A DNA stretch of 64,000 nucleotides from an uncultured candidatus Porisulfidus sp. (GTDB lineage Bacteria; Pseudomonadota; Gammaproteobacteria; Poriferisulfidales; Poriferisulfidaceae). A program made the position numbers and the translations under genes. Each line of letters starts with the position of its first letter. Within the stretch, counting starts at the first letter, position 1. The notes under the pieces were generated by a model that was not told where the DNA came from, did no database searches, and was given only the letters and a program-made list of their open reading frames with translations. The DNA is taken from positions 1,504,001 through 1,568,000 of the forward strand of contig OZ241993.1 in assembly GCA_965204575.1 (NCBI GenBank), read 5' to 3'. This document shows positions 51,492 through 60,714 of this stretch, piece by piece.

Positions 51492-51725
51492 ATGCTTGCA
51501 AAATTGACATCAAAGAACCAGTTGACCATCCCCAAGGCCATATTGTTGTCCTATCCTGACACAGAATATTTCAATGTCACCGACGACGATGGGCGTATTG
51601 TTCTGTCTCCGGTGCACCTCAACCGTGCTGATGCAGTACGCGCCAAATTGGCTGACTTGGGCATCACTGAAAAGGATGTGGCCGACGCTGTGTCTTGGGC
51701 ACGCTCTGAGTCTGAGCAGACTTGA
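51492..51725 (+). CDS. AbrB/MazE-family antitoxin
   Basis: MLAKLTSKNQLTIPK; stop overlaps PIN gene start. Confidence 0.88.
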   Translation: MLAKLTSKNQLTIPKAILLSYPDTEYFNVTDDDGRIVLSPVHLNRADAVRAKLADLGITEKDVADAVSWARSESEQT

Positions 51726-52156
51726 TGAACTCATTACGTCTCGTCCTCGACACCAATGTCCTGCTCTCATCCCTCTTGTTCCGCAAAGGATCCCTAACAT
51801 GGCTCTGTCGGGCATGGCACTCCGGTATCATCCGCCCCTTGGCAAGTCGCGACACCACGGCAGAACTCATTAAGGTCCTGTCTTACCCAAAATTTGGCCT
51901 AACTGACGCCGAAGTCGAAGAGCTACTGGGAGATTATCTTCCTTGGTGCGAGACCGTCTCGGTACCACATTTGACTAATCTTCCGCCATGCCGTGATCCT
52001 CTGGATCGCCCATTCCTAGCCCTAGCACAGAGCGCCAAAGCAGACGCACTGGTTACTGGTGACCAAGACTTACTCGTCCTCGCGGATACATTCCCTGTTC
52101 CAATCCTGACTCCTACCTCGCTTGAAAAAAGGATCAGTCAAATATCAAACAGTTAA
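51725..52156 (+). CDS. PIN-domain toxin
   Basis: VLDTNVLLS, CRDPLD..FL, LVTGDQDLL. Confidence 0.9.
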   Translation: MNSLRLVLDTNVLLSSLLFRKGSLTWLCRAWHSGIIRPLASRDTTAELIKVLSYPKFGLTDAEVEELLGDYLPWCETVSVPHLTNLPPCRDPLDRPFLALAQSAKADALVTGDQDLLVLADTFPVPILTPTSLEKRISQISNS

Positions 52157-52189
52157 AATGGATCAAAGTCGGAAAATACAAAATTTGCC

Positions 52190-52405
52190 ATGACCAAGAT
52201 TACCGTCTCCCTACCTGAAGCATATGTCGATGCGCTAGATTCAGTAGCGAACCAGGCTAGGTGCAGCCGAGCGGAAATCATCCGCCAAGCAATTCAGCTG
52301 CACATCGAAGATATCGAAGACCTGTCGTTATGCGCTGAACGACTTTGTGATTCAAGCGATCTTGTGTTGCCTTGGAAAGAAATTAAAGATGGCTTGTCTG
52401 ATTAG
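52190..52405 (+). CDS. RHH/CopG-family antitoxin-like protein (orphan)
   Basis: ITVSLP...LD.......SRAEIIRQAI, EDIEDL, W.EIK. Confidence 0.75.
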   Translation: MTKITVSLPEAYVDALDSVANQARCSRAEIIRQAIQLHIEDIEDLSLCAERLCDSSDLVLPWKEIKDGLSD

Positions 52406-52418
52406 GACTGAAGGTTGA
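52389..52418 (+). pseudogene. Possible truncated RelE-type toxin stub
   Basis: ATG overlapping antitoxin 3' end gives MACLIRTEG* only. Confidence 0.3.
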
Positions 52419-52439
52419 TGAGGCCCGTGCTCTTGGCAA

Positions 52440-53123
52440 TCACCATTCCCTGACAACCTGTCCTTCCGACAAGCGATAGCCTGTCTGCATTGTTTTCGCC
52501 AAAGCCTCGTCATGCGTCACCAGCACCAGCGCAATTCCGCGCTCGGCGTTTAGTTGCTTCATCAGGTCGAATACCTCGTGCGCCGTATGGGGATCCAAAT
52601 TGCCAGTCGGCTCGTCGGCCAGGACGACATCCGGATCCATGACCAGTGCGCGGCACACTGCCACCCGCTGTCTTTCCCCTCCGGACAGCTCTCCCGGCCG
52701 GTGCTGAAGGCGATCTTCCATATCCACCCGTTTCAGCAGTTCTGCGGCTTTCTCACTTGCCTCCTCGACCGACATTCCCCCAATCAACGGCGGCATGGTG
52801 ACATTCTCCAATGCCGAGAACTCGGGCAAAAGGTGATGCATCTGGTATACGAAACCCAAGCTCCGGTTGCGCAATTGCGCCTGTTCCGAGTCGGCCAATC
52901 CATCAATTCGACGCCCTCCGATCTCGACGGTGCCCGCATCAGGGCGATCCAGTCCTGCAAGCAGGTGCAGTAAAGTGCTTTTGCCGCACCCGGAAGCGCC
53001 AACAACCGCCACGCTTTCGCCTCGGGCAACCTCTAATTCCAAGTCATGCAGGACTTCTACCTGCATCTCACCCGAGCCGAACGACTTGGCCAACCCGGAG
53101 CAACGCAGCACGGAATCACTCAT
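52440..53123 (-). CDS. lolD: Lipoprotein-releasing ABC ATPase
   Basis: GASGCGKST, GFVYQMHHLL, LSGGERQR. Confidence 0.95.
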   Translation of the reverse strand: MSDSVLRCSGLAKSFGSGEMQVEVLHDLELEVARGESVAVVGASGCGKSTLLHLLAGLDRPDAGTVEIGGRRIDGLADSEQAQLRNRSLGFVYQMHHLLPEFSALENVTMPPLIGGMSVEEASEKAAELLKRVDMEDRLQHRPGELSGGERQRVAVCRALVMDPDVVLADEPTGNLDPHTAHEVFDLMKQLNAERGIALVLVTHDEALAKTMQTGYRLSEGQVVREW

Positions 53124-54366
53124 AGCGCAACACCTCGGCCGGCATGACCTGCAACGCCTTGCGCGCCGGATAGACGGCCGCGATCACGGACAGGAGAATC
53201 GAGGCCACCGCCGCAATCACCACGTCTCCCCAGAGCAACTGCGACGGAATCTCACTAATGTAATAAACTTCCGGCGAAAAGACTTTGAAACTAAAGGCTT
53301 TTTCTATCAACCCCACGACCACCTGAAGGTTGTAGGACAAGGCCACGCCCCCGCCGACTCCTAGCGCCGTCCCCCCAAGGCCGATCGTCAGACCTTGCAG
53401 CAGGAATACCTGGAGAGTCCCGCGCCGGGTCATGCCCAGGGTGCGCAGCACGGCGATATCGGAACGCTTTTCCAGCACCGTCATCAACAGCGCGGAAATG
53501 ATGTTGAACGCCGCCACCAGCACGATCAGCATCAGAAGGAGGAACAGCATGGTTTTTTCCATCTGGATCGCCTTGAAGAAGCCGTTGTCGAGATCCGACC
53601 AATCCAGCACCCAGTAACGCCCGTCCAGCTCTTCGCGGAACCGGTCGGCCAGCCACGGCGCCTTGAACAAGTCCTGGAGGCGGACCTTCAGGCCACCGAC
53701 CTCCCCTTCGCCCAGCGCCAGCGCCTGCCGAGCATCTTCCAGGTGCACCAAGGCCAAGTGCCGGTCATAGCTGCGCATGTCGAGGTCAAAGATCCCGACC
53801 ACCTCGAAGCGGCGGAATTTGGGCAGAAGCCCGGCGACCGTACTGGCTGCCCGCGGCACGATCAGGGTGACCCGATCACCCACCCGGACATTCAAATGCC
53901 GGGCCAGCTCATCACCCAGTACGATTCGGTATGCGCCCGGCTCCAGCCGGTCCAGGGTGCCTCGGGTCATGTGCTGCGCAATTCGGGAAGCTTCCGCTTC
54001 CAGCGCCGGCAGCATGCCTCGCAGCCCGACCCCGCTCACACGGTCCCGGTAAAGCAGCATCCCCTGCCCTTCGATGAACGGCGCGCTCGCGACCACTTCC
54101 GGGTACTGCGTCAATTGTTCCGCCAATCCGCGCCAGTCCTGCAACTTCCGGTCCGGCTCGCTGATGCTGATATGGGACACCATGCCCAGCAGTCGATCCC
54201 GGATCTCGGTGTGGAATCCGTTCATGACCGACATCACGGCGATCACCGCGGTCAATCCCAGCGCGATGCCCAGCGTCGAGACCAGCGAGATGAAAGAGAT
54301 GAAACGATGCCGGTGGCGTGCCCGAAGGTAACGCAGGCCGATGTACAGAGGGACTGGAAGATTCAC
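53116..54366 (-). CDS. lolC: Lipoprotein-releasing permease LolC/E (single copy here)
   Basis: IGLRYLR, SVMNGF, VAAFNI, PAEVLRYE. Confidence 0.9.
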   Translation of the reverse strand: MNLPVPLYIGLRYLRARHRHRFISFISLVSTLGIALGLTAVIAVMSVMNGFHTEIRDRLLGMVSHISISEPDRKLQDWRGLAEQLTQYPEVVASAPFIEGQGMLLYRDRVSGVGLRGMLPALEAEASRIAQHMTRGTLDRLEPGAYRIVLGDELARHLNVRVGDRVTLIVPRAASTVAGLLPKFRRFEVVGIFDLDMRSYDRHLALVHLEDARQALALGEGEVGGLKVRLQDLFKAPWLADRFREELDGRYWVLDWSDLDNGFFKAIQMEKTMLFLLLMLIVLVAAFNIISALLMTVLEKRSDIAVLRTLGMTRRGTLQVFLLQGLTIGLGGTALGVGGGVALSYNLQVVVGLIEKAFSFKVFSPEVYYISEIPSQLLWGDVVIAAVASILLSVIAAVYPARKALQVMPAEVLRYE

Positions 54367-55550
54367 GGGATGCGCTGATCGATCGTCACTTGAGTCATCG
54401 CGTTGGGGACGACAGCCACCGGCCCGACTTCTCCAATCAAGTCGCCGCTTTGCCTCTCTGCCTGTCCGCTCTCACTGATACGTGCCACCACCATGACTTC
54501 GCGGGCCTTGGACAGGTTCATCTCCGGCATCATGGCCAAAGTGTCGTCCAGCACCACCTGTACCGGGAACTCGCCCGCCACGCCACGCCAGATCGCGAGC
54601 GGCATGGGCGGCCCGTCAATGCGGCGCGCGTATACGAACAGGGTCGCATCCGGGCTATAGCCCCCCGTGAACGCCGGGTCCAGCGTCACTTCCACCTGCA
54701 GGGAGGGGCCGATCTCGGGTTCGCCGGCTTCACGCCGGGCTTCGTCCAGCCAGTTCTCGACCATGGCGCGGACGCCCTCCTCTTCCACCGGCAGGACCAT
54801 GAGCAACCGTTCCCAGGACTGAACCGCCGCGTCTGCGTTTCCTCTCTGCCAGGACGCCCAACCGAACAGCCACAAGGCCTTTTGATGGGCCGGGTCCAGA
54901 TCCAGCGCCCGCGACAGGTAGTCCATTGCCTCGTCCGAGAACCAGTCTCCGCCTGCCATCGCCATCGCGTCCGCCAACGCCACCAGTGCCGAGGGGTCCG
55001 AATATTCCAGCAAGGCATTGGCATGCATCCATGCACTCACCGCCTCCGGCCCCTGCCCCTGTTCTCGGTAAAAGTCCCCGAGTTCCGCCCAGGCATTCGC
55101 TTCCTGAGGGTTCTCGTCAACCTGCCGGAGCAAGCGTTCATGCAATGCTTCTGTCTGTTCGGTCTCGTCCGGCGCGCCGCCGAATATCGCGAAACGCATC
55201 AGTTCGCTGGACGCCAGCATGAGGCCCACGCTGACGACCACCACGCCGAGTGCAAGCCATACCGCGGTCCGTCCTTCCTGTTTCGTGGATTCGGGGGCAC
55301 CCTCACCGACTTCCTCTACATCTTCGAGGAGGCTGCGGTCCAGTTCCGCCTCGGCCTCGCCGAACAATTCCGGCGAAAGCCAGCCGATCTCGACGTCCTG
55401 CTGCAGTTCGTCCCGGCGGAGGTTGTAGGCGTGGGCCAGGATGTCGCGCATGGAGTCGGAGCGCGGCCGCCGCTTCGCCCACCAGGGATAGAGTACGAAG
55501 ATCAGCGCCAGCACCAGCAGCGCAAGGCACCCTGCGAAAAACCCCCACAT
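54363..55550 (-). CDS. ccmI: Cytochrome c biogenesis TPR protein
   Basis: Two N-terminal TM, TPR region, PMPLA / ARISESG C-domain. Confidence 0.88.
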   Translation of the reverse strand: MWGFFAGCLALLVLALIFVLYPWWAKRRPRSDSMRDILAHAYNLRRDELQQDVEIGWLSPELFGEAEAELDRSLLEDVEEVGEGAPESTKQEGRTAVWLALGVVVVSVGLMLASSELMRFAIFGGAPDETEQTEALHERLLRQVDENPQEANAWAELGDFYREQGQGPEAVSAWMHANALLEYSDPSALVALADAMAMAGGDWFSDEAMDYLSRALDLDPAHQKALWLFGWASWQRGNADAAVQSWERLLMVLPVEEEGVRAMVENWLDEARREAGEPEIGPSLQVEVTLDPAFTGGYSPDATLFVYARRIDGPPMPLAIWRGVAGEFPVQVVLDDTLAMMPEMNLSKAREVMVVARISESGQAERQSGDLIGEVGPVAVVPNAMTQVTIDQRIP

Positions 55551-55990
55551 CAGTCATCACCCCGCTTCAGGACTTTCGCGAGCCGTTCACGTTCTACATC
55601 CGACAAACCGCCGGATGCCCGCGCGTGCCTGCGCCGGATGCGCCGCAGCAGCAGCCAGGCCGTGAGGGCCAGCAGCACGAACGGGCCAGTCCACAGGGCC
55701 ACCGTGCGCCAGGCGAACGGAGGGCGGTACAGGATAAAGTCTCCATAGCGCGCCTGCAGATGTTCGATGATCTGCTCATCGCTCATGCCCTGATCGATCA
55801 GGTCCCGGACGCGCTTGCGCAGGTCACCCGCCAGCTCCGCATCGGAATCGGCCAGCGACTGGTTCTGGCAGACCAAGCAACGCAACTCGTACAAGAGCGC
55901 CTGGTATCGCTCATCGCCCGTCTCGTCGGCAGCCAGGCAGGCACCGCCGGCGCAAAGCAGGCAGAATCCCCAAGCCGTGATCCGCTTCAT
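55550..55990 (-). CDS. ccmH: Cytochrome c biogenesis protein CcmH
   Basis: LRCLVCQNQSLADS, RYGDFILYRPP. Confidence 0.95.
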   Translation of the reverse strand: MKRITAWGFCLLCAGGACLAADETGDERYQALLYELRCLVCQNQSLADSDAELAGDLRKRVRDLIDQGMSDEQIIEHLQARYGDFILYRPPFAWRTVALWTGPFVLLALTAWLLLRRIRRRHARASGGLSDVERERLAKVLKRGDD

Positions 55991-56505
55991 GACCTCTCTC
56001 CGCGAATGCGCGCCAGGATCTCTTCCCGGTAGGCTTTCTCGTCCAGTGCACCGATGTGCTTGTAGCGGATGACGCCATCCGGGTCCAGCAGGAAGGTTTC
56101 CGGAACCTTGTACACGCCCAGTTCGATCCCCACCTCGCCGTGCTCGTCGAAGGCGCTGGAACGATACGGATTGCCGTAGACCTGCAGCCAGTTCCGGGCT
56201 TCATCGCGCGTGTCCCGGTGATTGATCCCGTACAGCGCCAATTGCTGCGACAGGCGCATCAGCAGTTCGTGCTCTTCCAGGCAAGTCGTGCACCAGCTGG
56301 CCCAGACGTTGAGCAGGCTCCACTCGCCGCGGAGCGCAGCGGAATCGAATTTCTCTTCGGTCGAACTCAAACGCTCTGCCTGAAAAGCTGGAACCGGCAA
56401 GCCGACCAGCGGCGAACTGACCCGCGACGGGTCGCGCGTCAGGCCGATCGCCAGCATGGCGACCAATCCCGCAAACAAGACCACCGCCAGCCAACCGCGC
56501 ATCAT
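55987..56505 (-). CDS. ccmG: Thiol-disulfide oxidoreductase CcmG/DsbE
   Basis: NVWASWCTTC, GNPY, VPETF. Confidence 0.93.
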   Translation of the reverse strand: MMRGWLAVVLFAGLVAMLAIGLTRDPSRVSSPLVGLPVPAFQAERLSSTEEKFDSAALRGEWSLLNVWASWCTTCLEEHELLMRLSQQLALYGINHRDTRDEARNWLQVYGNPYRSSAFDEHGEVGIELGVYKVPETFLLDPDGVIRYKHIGALDEKAYREEILARIRGERS

Positions 56506-58457
56506 GCCCGCACTCTCCCGCGCCGATAACGGTAACGGCGATCCGACAGCGCCAGCAGTCCCCCGAACGCCATCAGCAACGCCCCGCCCCACAACCATTG
56601 GATAAACGGTTTGACATACAGCCGTACGCCCCAGCCTCCGCCGGGTTGGGCCACCCCGAGCGCCGCGTACACGTCGCGCCAGACCGTCGAGTGGATAGCA
56701 GCCTCGGTCATCGGCGAGGACTGCACGAGGTAGGTGCGTTTCTCCGGTCGCAATTCCGCCACCGGCACGCCTTCCCGGTAGACGGAAAGGTGTCCCTGCT
56801 TGGCCTGGTAGTTCGGCCCGTCCACTTCGCGCACGCCATGGAACACGAATTCATGTTCTGCAAATGCCACCCTGTCGCCCTCGTTCATGACCAGTTCCCG
56901 CTCCATCGAGAAGGCCGTCGTGAATGCGATGCCGAGCGCGATCACGCCGAGTCCGGCATGCGCACAGGTCATGCCGATCATGTGTCGGGGCAAGCGGCGA
57001 AGGCTGTAGCCGGTGCTGGTGCCGCGCCGCATGCGGGAGAACTGCCGCCACAACGCCGTCAGCGTCCCGGCAATGCACCAGACCCCGAGCATGGTCCCCG
57101 CCAGGACCAAGGGCGACGTGGAGCCGAAAGCCGCCCACGGGACGGCGGTGCCCAATGCCAGCGCCAGTGCCAGCGGCACCTGAAGCCGGCGCAACAGTTC
57201 ACGGGCGCGGGTCTTTTTCCATCGCGAGATCGGCCCGATTGCGGCGAGGAACAGCAGCGGCAGCATCAACGGCAGGAATACGAGGTTGAAGTACGGCGGG
57301 CCGACCGACATGGAGGGCAGCCCGAGAACGTCCACGATCAACGGGTACAGAGTTCCAAGCAGGATGGCAAAGGTGGCGATCAACAGGAACACGTTGTTGA
57401 ACAAGAGCAGGGTTTCCCGGGAAAGCAATTCGAAGTGGCCCGGGCTCTCGATATGGTGGGCGCGTGTCGCGTACAGGGCCAGCCCGCCTCCGACGACCAC
57501 CGCCAGGAATCCCAGGATGTAGACGCCGCGGGCCGGGTCGTTCGCGAACGCATGCACCGACACCAGCACCCCGGAACGCACCAGGAAGGTCCCGAGGAGG
57601 CTCAGGGAAAACGCCAGCAGTGCCAGCAGCACGGTCCAGCGTTTGAAGGTGTTGCGCTTTTCGGTAACGGCCAGGGAATGGATCAGTGCAGTCCCGACCA
57701 GCCAGGGCATGAACGAGGCGTTCTCCACCGGATCCCAGAACCACCAGCCGCCCCAGCCGAGTTCATGGTAGGCCCACCAGCTGCCGAGACCGATGCCGAG
57801 GGTCAGGAACATCCAGGCGGCCGTCACCCAGGGCCGCGTCCAACGCGCCCAGGCCGCGTGCAGATGGCCGCCCCACAACGCCGCGATGGCGAATGCGAAA
57901 GCCACCGCGAATCCGACATAGCCCATGTACAGCATCGGCGGATGGATCACCAGGCCCGGGTCCTGCAGCAGCGGGTTGAGGTCGCGCCCCTGCATGGCCG
58001 GGGGAATCAGGCGGTCGAACGGATTGGAGGTCGCCAGCATGAAGGCGAGGAACCCGAGACTGACAAACCCCAGTACGGCCAGCACGCGCGCCCGGAACAG
58101 CATGGGAAGCCGACGGCTCAGCGCGACCACCGCGACGGTCCAACCCGACAGGACCAGGGACCACAGCAGCAGAGAGCCTTCATGCCCGCCCCATACGCCG
58201 GAAATCCGGTAGGCCAGCGGCAGCTCCGTGTTGGAGTTGTTGGCGACGTAGCGAACGGAGAAATCGTGTTCGATGAACGCCCAGGTCAATGCAAGGTAGG
58301 CGAGCAACACCAGGAAACCCTGGCCCAGCGCCAGCGAAGAGGCGCTGCGCATCCAGGTCGGGTTGCCCCGCTGGGTTCCCAGGCTCGGCAGAAACGCCTG
58401 CAGTGCCGCCAGCACACAGGCCAGAACCAGGGCGAAATGGCCGAGTTCGGGAATCAC
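56502..58457 (-). CDS. ccmF: Heme lyase CcmF
   Basis: WGGHEGSLL, HPP.LY.GY, WGGWWFWDPVEN, SVHAFA. Confidence 0.97.
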   Translation of the reverse strand: MIPELGHFALVLACVLAALQAFLPSLGTQRGNPTWMRSASSLALGQGFLVLLAYLALTWAFIEHDFSVRYVANNSNTELPLAYRISGVWGGHEGSLLLWSLVLSGWTVAVVALSRRLPMLFRARVLAVLGFVSLGFLAFMLATSNPFDRLIPPAMQGRDLNPLLQDPGLVIHPPMLYMGYVGFAVAFAFAIAALWGGHLHAAWARWTRPWVTAAWMFLTLGIGLGSWWAYHELGWGGWWFWDPVENASFMPWLVGTALIHSLAVTEKRNTFKRWTVLLALLAFSLSLLGTFLVRSGVLVSVHAFANDPARGVYILGFLAVVVGGGLALYATRAHHIESPGHFELLSRETLLLFNNVFLLIATFAILLGTLYPLIVDVLGLPSMSVGPPYFNLVFLPLMLPLLFLAAIGPISRWKKTRARELLRRLQVPLALALALGTAVPWAAFGSTSPLVLAGTMLGVWCIAGTLTALWRQFSRMRRGTSTGYSLRRLPRHMIGMTCAHAGLGVIALGIAFTTAFSMERELVMNEGDRVAFAEHEFVFHGVREVDGPNYQAKQGHLSVYREGVPVAELRPEKRTYLVQSSPMTEAAIHSTVWRDVYAALGVAQPGGGWGVRLYVKPFIQWLWGGALLMAFGGLLALSDRRYRYRRGRVRA

Positions 58458-58903
58458 CAGGAGATCCCGACCGGGTCCTGCCCCGCTTCGGTCAAAGCCT
58501 CCGCTACTTCCGGCGGCATGTAGTTTTCATCGTGCTTGGCCAGCACCTCTTGCGCCACGAACACGCCGGCCTCGTCCAGCCGGCCCAAGGTGACGATGCC
58601 CTGCCCTTCGCGGAACAGGTCCGGCAGCAGGCCGCTGTAGAGCACCGGCAGGCTGTGCGCGCCGTCGGTCAGCGCAAAGCGGACTTCCATCGAGCCGGTC
58701 TCCTGCTGCACGCTACCCTGGGCCACCAGGCCTCCGAGGCGGAAGGTCGTGTGCGGTTCGACCAGGCCGGCGGCGACCTGCGAAGGACTGTAGAAGTACA
58801 GCAGGTTCTGCTGGAAGGCGTACAGCATCAGCGCCACTCCGGCGGCGACCCCGACGGAAACGGCCACGGCCAAGCCAAGACGGCGCTTCTGTCGGGCGTT
58901 CAT
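58454..58903 (-). CDS. ccmE: Heme chaperone CcmE
   Basis: LPDLFREGQG, VLAKHDENY. Confidence 0.96.
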   Translation of the reverse strand: MNARQKRRLGLAVAVSVGVAAGVALMLYAFQQNLLYFYSPSQVAAGLVEPHTTFRLGGLVAQGSVQQETGSMEVRFALTDGAHSLPVLYSGLLPDLFREGQGIVTLGRLDEAGVFVAQEVLAKHDENYMPPEVAEALTEAGQDPVGISW

Positions 58904-59145
58904 GGTGAGTCATTTTAATGGATGCCGTCCCATCCCTCGAAATCCCGCCCCCACTCATGCTTCGCGGCCTTGCGGTCCTCTGGACCAAGCTGCTTCCCGA
59001 TGGGAATCGACCGACGCGGCGGTGCAGCCGCATCCGATGAATCCCACTGCAATGCCAAGGGCGAACCGCCGTTCGCCTTCATTCCTCCGGAGGGCCTAAC
59101 TCGGCAAGCAAATCCTGAATGCTCCGGCGCAATTTTGGGAGGCTG

Positions 59146-59559
59146 TTAATTCAGGTTGCAGATTAAGGACAAACCCTCTCTGGCAGCAGCTTGAGAGAGA
59201 GCCTTATCAAGAGTCGCAATCGAGACAGCATGCCGTTTCGCCAACTCCAGGTAAACGGCATCGTAGGCCGACAGTTCATGTTTTTCCGCCAGCCTAAAAG
59301 CAGATTCGTAATCAAGACTGGAATCCGTGCGAAGCGGAATATCCCGCAGGATGTCCAAACGTTCTGCCAACCTGTCGCGGGCAATCCTGCCCCGTCGCAC
59401 GGCAACAAGCAGGCAATTGCGGGTCTCCAAGTGCCAGAGTTGCGGGACCAGCGCTTTTCCACTATGCATGTGCGTCAATGCTGGCTGTGCTTGCGTCCGC
59501 GCCTCTTCATTTAGCAACCAGGCCGAAACAACCGAAGCGTCAAGGACAAAAAAGGTCAC
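59146..59559 (-). CDS. vapC: VapC PIN-domain toxin
   Basis: VLDASV, LSAYDAVYLELA, ATLDK. Confidence 0.9.
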   Translation of the reverse strand: MTFFVLDASVVSAWLLNEEARTQAQPALTHMHSGKALVPQLWHLETRNCLLVAVRRGRIARDRLAERLDILRDIPLRTDSSLDYESAFRLAEKHELSAYDAVYLELAKRHAVSIATLDKALSQAAAREGLSLICNLN

Positions 59560-59807
59560 CAGCGATGACCCTCATGCCGTGCCTGGAGTATTTCCTCGAT
59601 CGACATGTCGACCGGTTCCAATTCCTGAAGACGACGGCAAAAACGGGCAACCGCCTCGCTGTAATCCTCGCGTTCAGCCTCGTGCGCCGGAGTCACGCGT
59701 GCCACCGCTCGCCCATGACGGGTAATCATCACAGTCTCCCCGTGCTCAACAATTCGAAGCAATTCGGCAAACCGGGCCTTGGCTTCTGTCGCCTGCATCT
59801 GATTCAT
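59556..59807 (-). CDS. Phd/YefM-family antitoxin
   Basis: ATEAKARFAELL..VE.GE.V.ITRHGRAVA; 4-nt overlap with toxin. Confidence 0.9.
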   Translation of the reverse strand: MNQMQATEAKARFAELLRIVEHGETVMITRHGRAVARVTPAHEAEREDYSEAVARFCRRLQELEPVDMSIEEILQARHEGHRW

Positions 59808-59814
59808 TTTTTTA

Positions 59815-59837
59815 TGACCAGTTACTTTGACCGGTTA
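59815..59837. promoter_or_regulatory. Putative antitoxin operator
   Basis: TGACCAGTTA-ctt-TGACCGGTTA, tandem near-palindromes upstream of the antitoxin start. Confidence 0.65.
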
Positions 59838-60570
59838 TATTTTAGCAAATATTGCCCATGTGTAAACTGGACACGCGCCGAGGATGCAGTGGAATTACCG
59901 GGGCTCGCCCCCTGATTTCCATATATTGTGGCGGCGAGTAGATTGGACGGTGCTGGATCCGGCACAAGTCGAATCTTCGGCAAATGGGTCATGCCGAAAC
60001 CGCAACGCAGAAGGCCGGCCGGGACGCCACGGGGCAACGCCCATCCGGGTCGCGACAGTCCGGTGTTGTTTTTGAGCACCTGAAGCGGGCAGGCTTGCCC
60101 TTCCGCTTCTCCTCATTTTCCCCGCGCACCTTGGCCTGAATGCCAGTTTTGGGCTGCCGCCTATACCCGCCAGTCTCCGCTGCCTGACATGATCTCGCGG
60201 CAAAAAACGCAAGTTCCTGCCCTTGTGCAAGGCCCTACAAGCAATTCAGGCCAACCCGCCGAAAACGCCGCCCCTCCCCGTCCGATGCCGCTTGCCCCGG
60301 GAGCCCTGGTCGGCTTGCCTTTCTTCTTCGGGAGTCATCAATCGGGAAAATATCTGAAATAATAATATTTTTGTTATTCAATAATTTATGATAGATATTT
60401 ATGTAAATTTATTAGATTTTGGATTGCTTTATTCGGCGACTCGCCCACGTTGGTTTGCTCGCCCAAGCATCTGCTTCCGCGGCATCTCTCGAACGTCTGC
60501 GTTGAGCGACTTCCCCCTCACATGCGCACCTCGGTGACACCGCTACCCGGCATGGGGACCCCCTTACCGC

Positions 60571-60714
60571 CTATAGGCGGCCATTTGGCTTCCTTTTTAG
60601 CCGCCGGTGCCGCCACCACGGTATAACCGCGTTGCCGATCAGTACGGCCGCCACCAGTCCGTAGGCGCTCCACACGAAGAACGCATAGCCGCCCATCGCC
60701 AGGAATTCAGCCAT
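60571..60714 (-). CDS. ccmD: Heme exporter protein D (absent from ORF track, 47 aa)
   Basis: MAEFLAMGGYAFFVWSAYG...basic tail; overlaps ccmC end. Confidence 0.9.
   Translation of the reverse strand: MAEFLAMGGYAFFVWSAYGLVAAVLIGNAVIPWWRHRRLKRKPNGRL

Noticed and set aside
56598-58523. Long overlapping ORFs (641 aa here; also 41531-43168, 47708-49189, 24989-26383, 29082-30428)
   Set aside because: Shadow frames of well-supported genes in GC-rich DNA; no recognisable motifs
59822-60230. Small ORFs in the ccm insertion
   Set aside because: No RBS or recognisable domain; mutually overlapping and low-complexity
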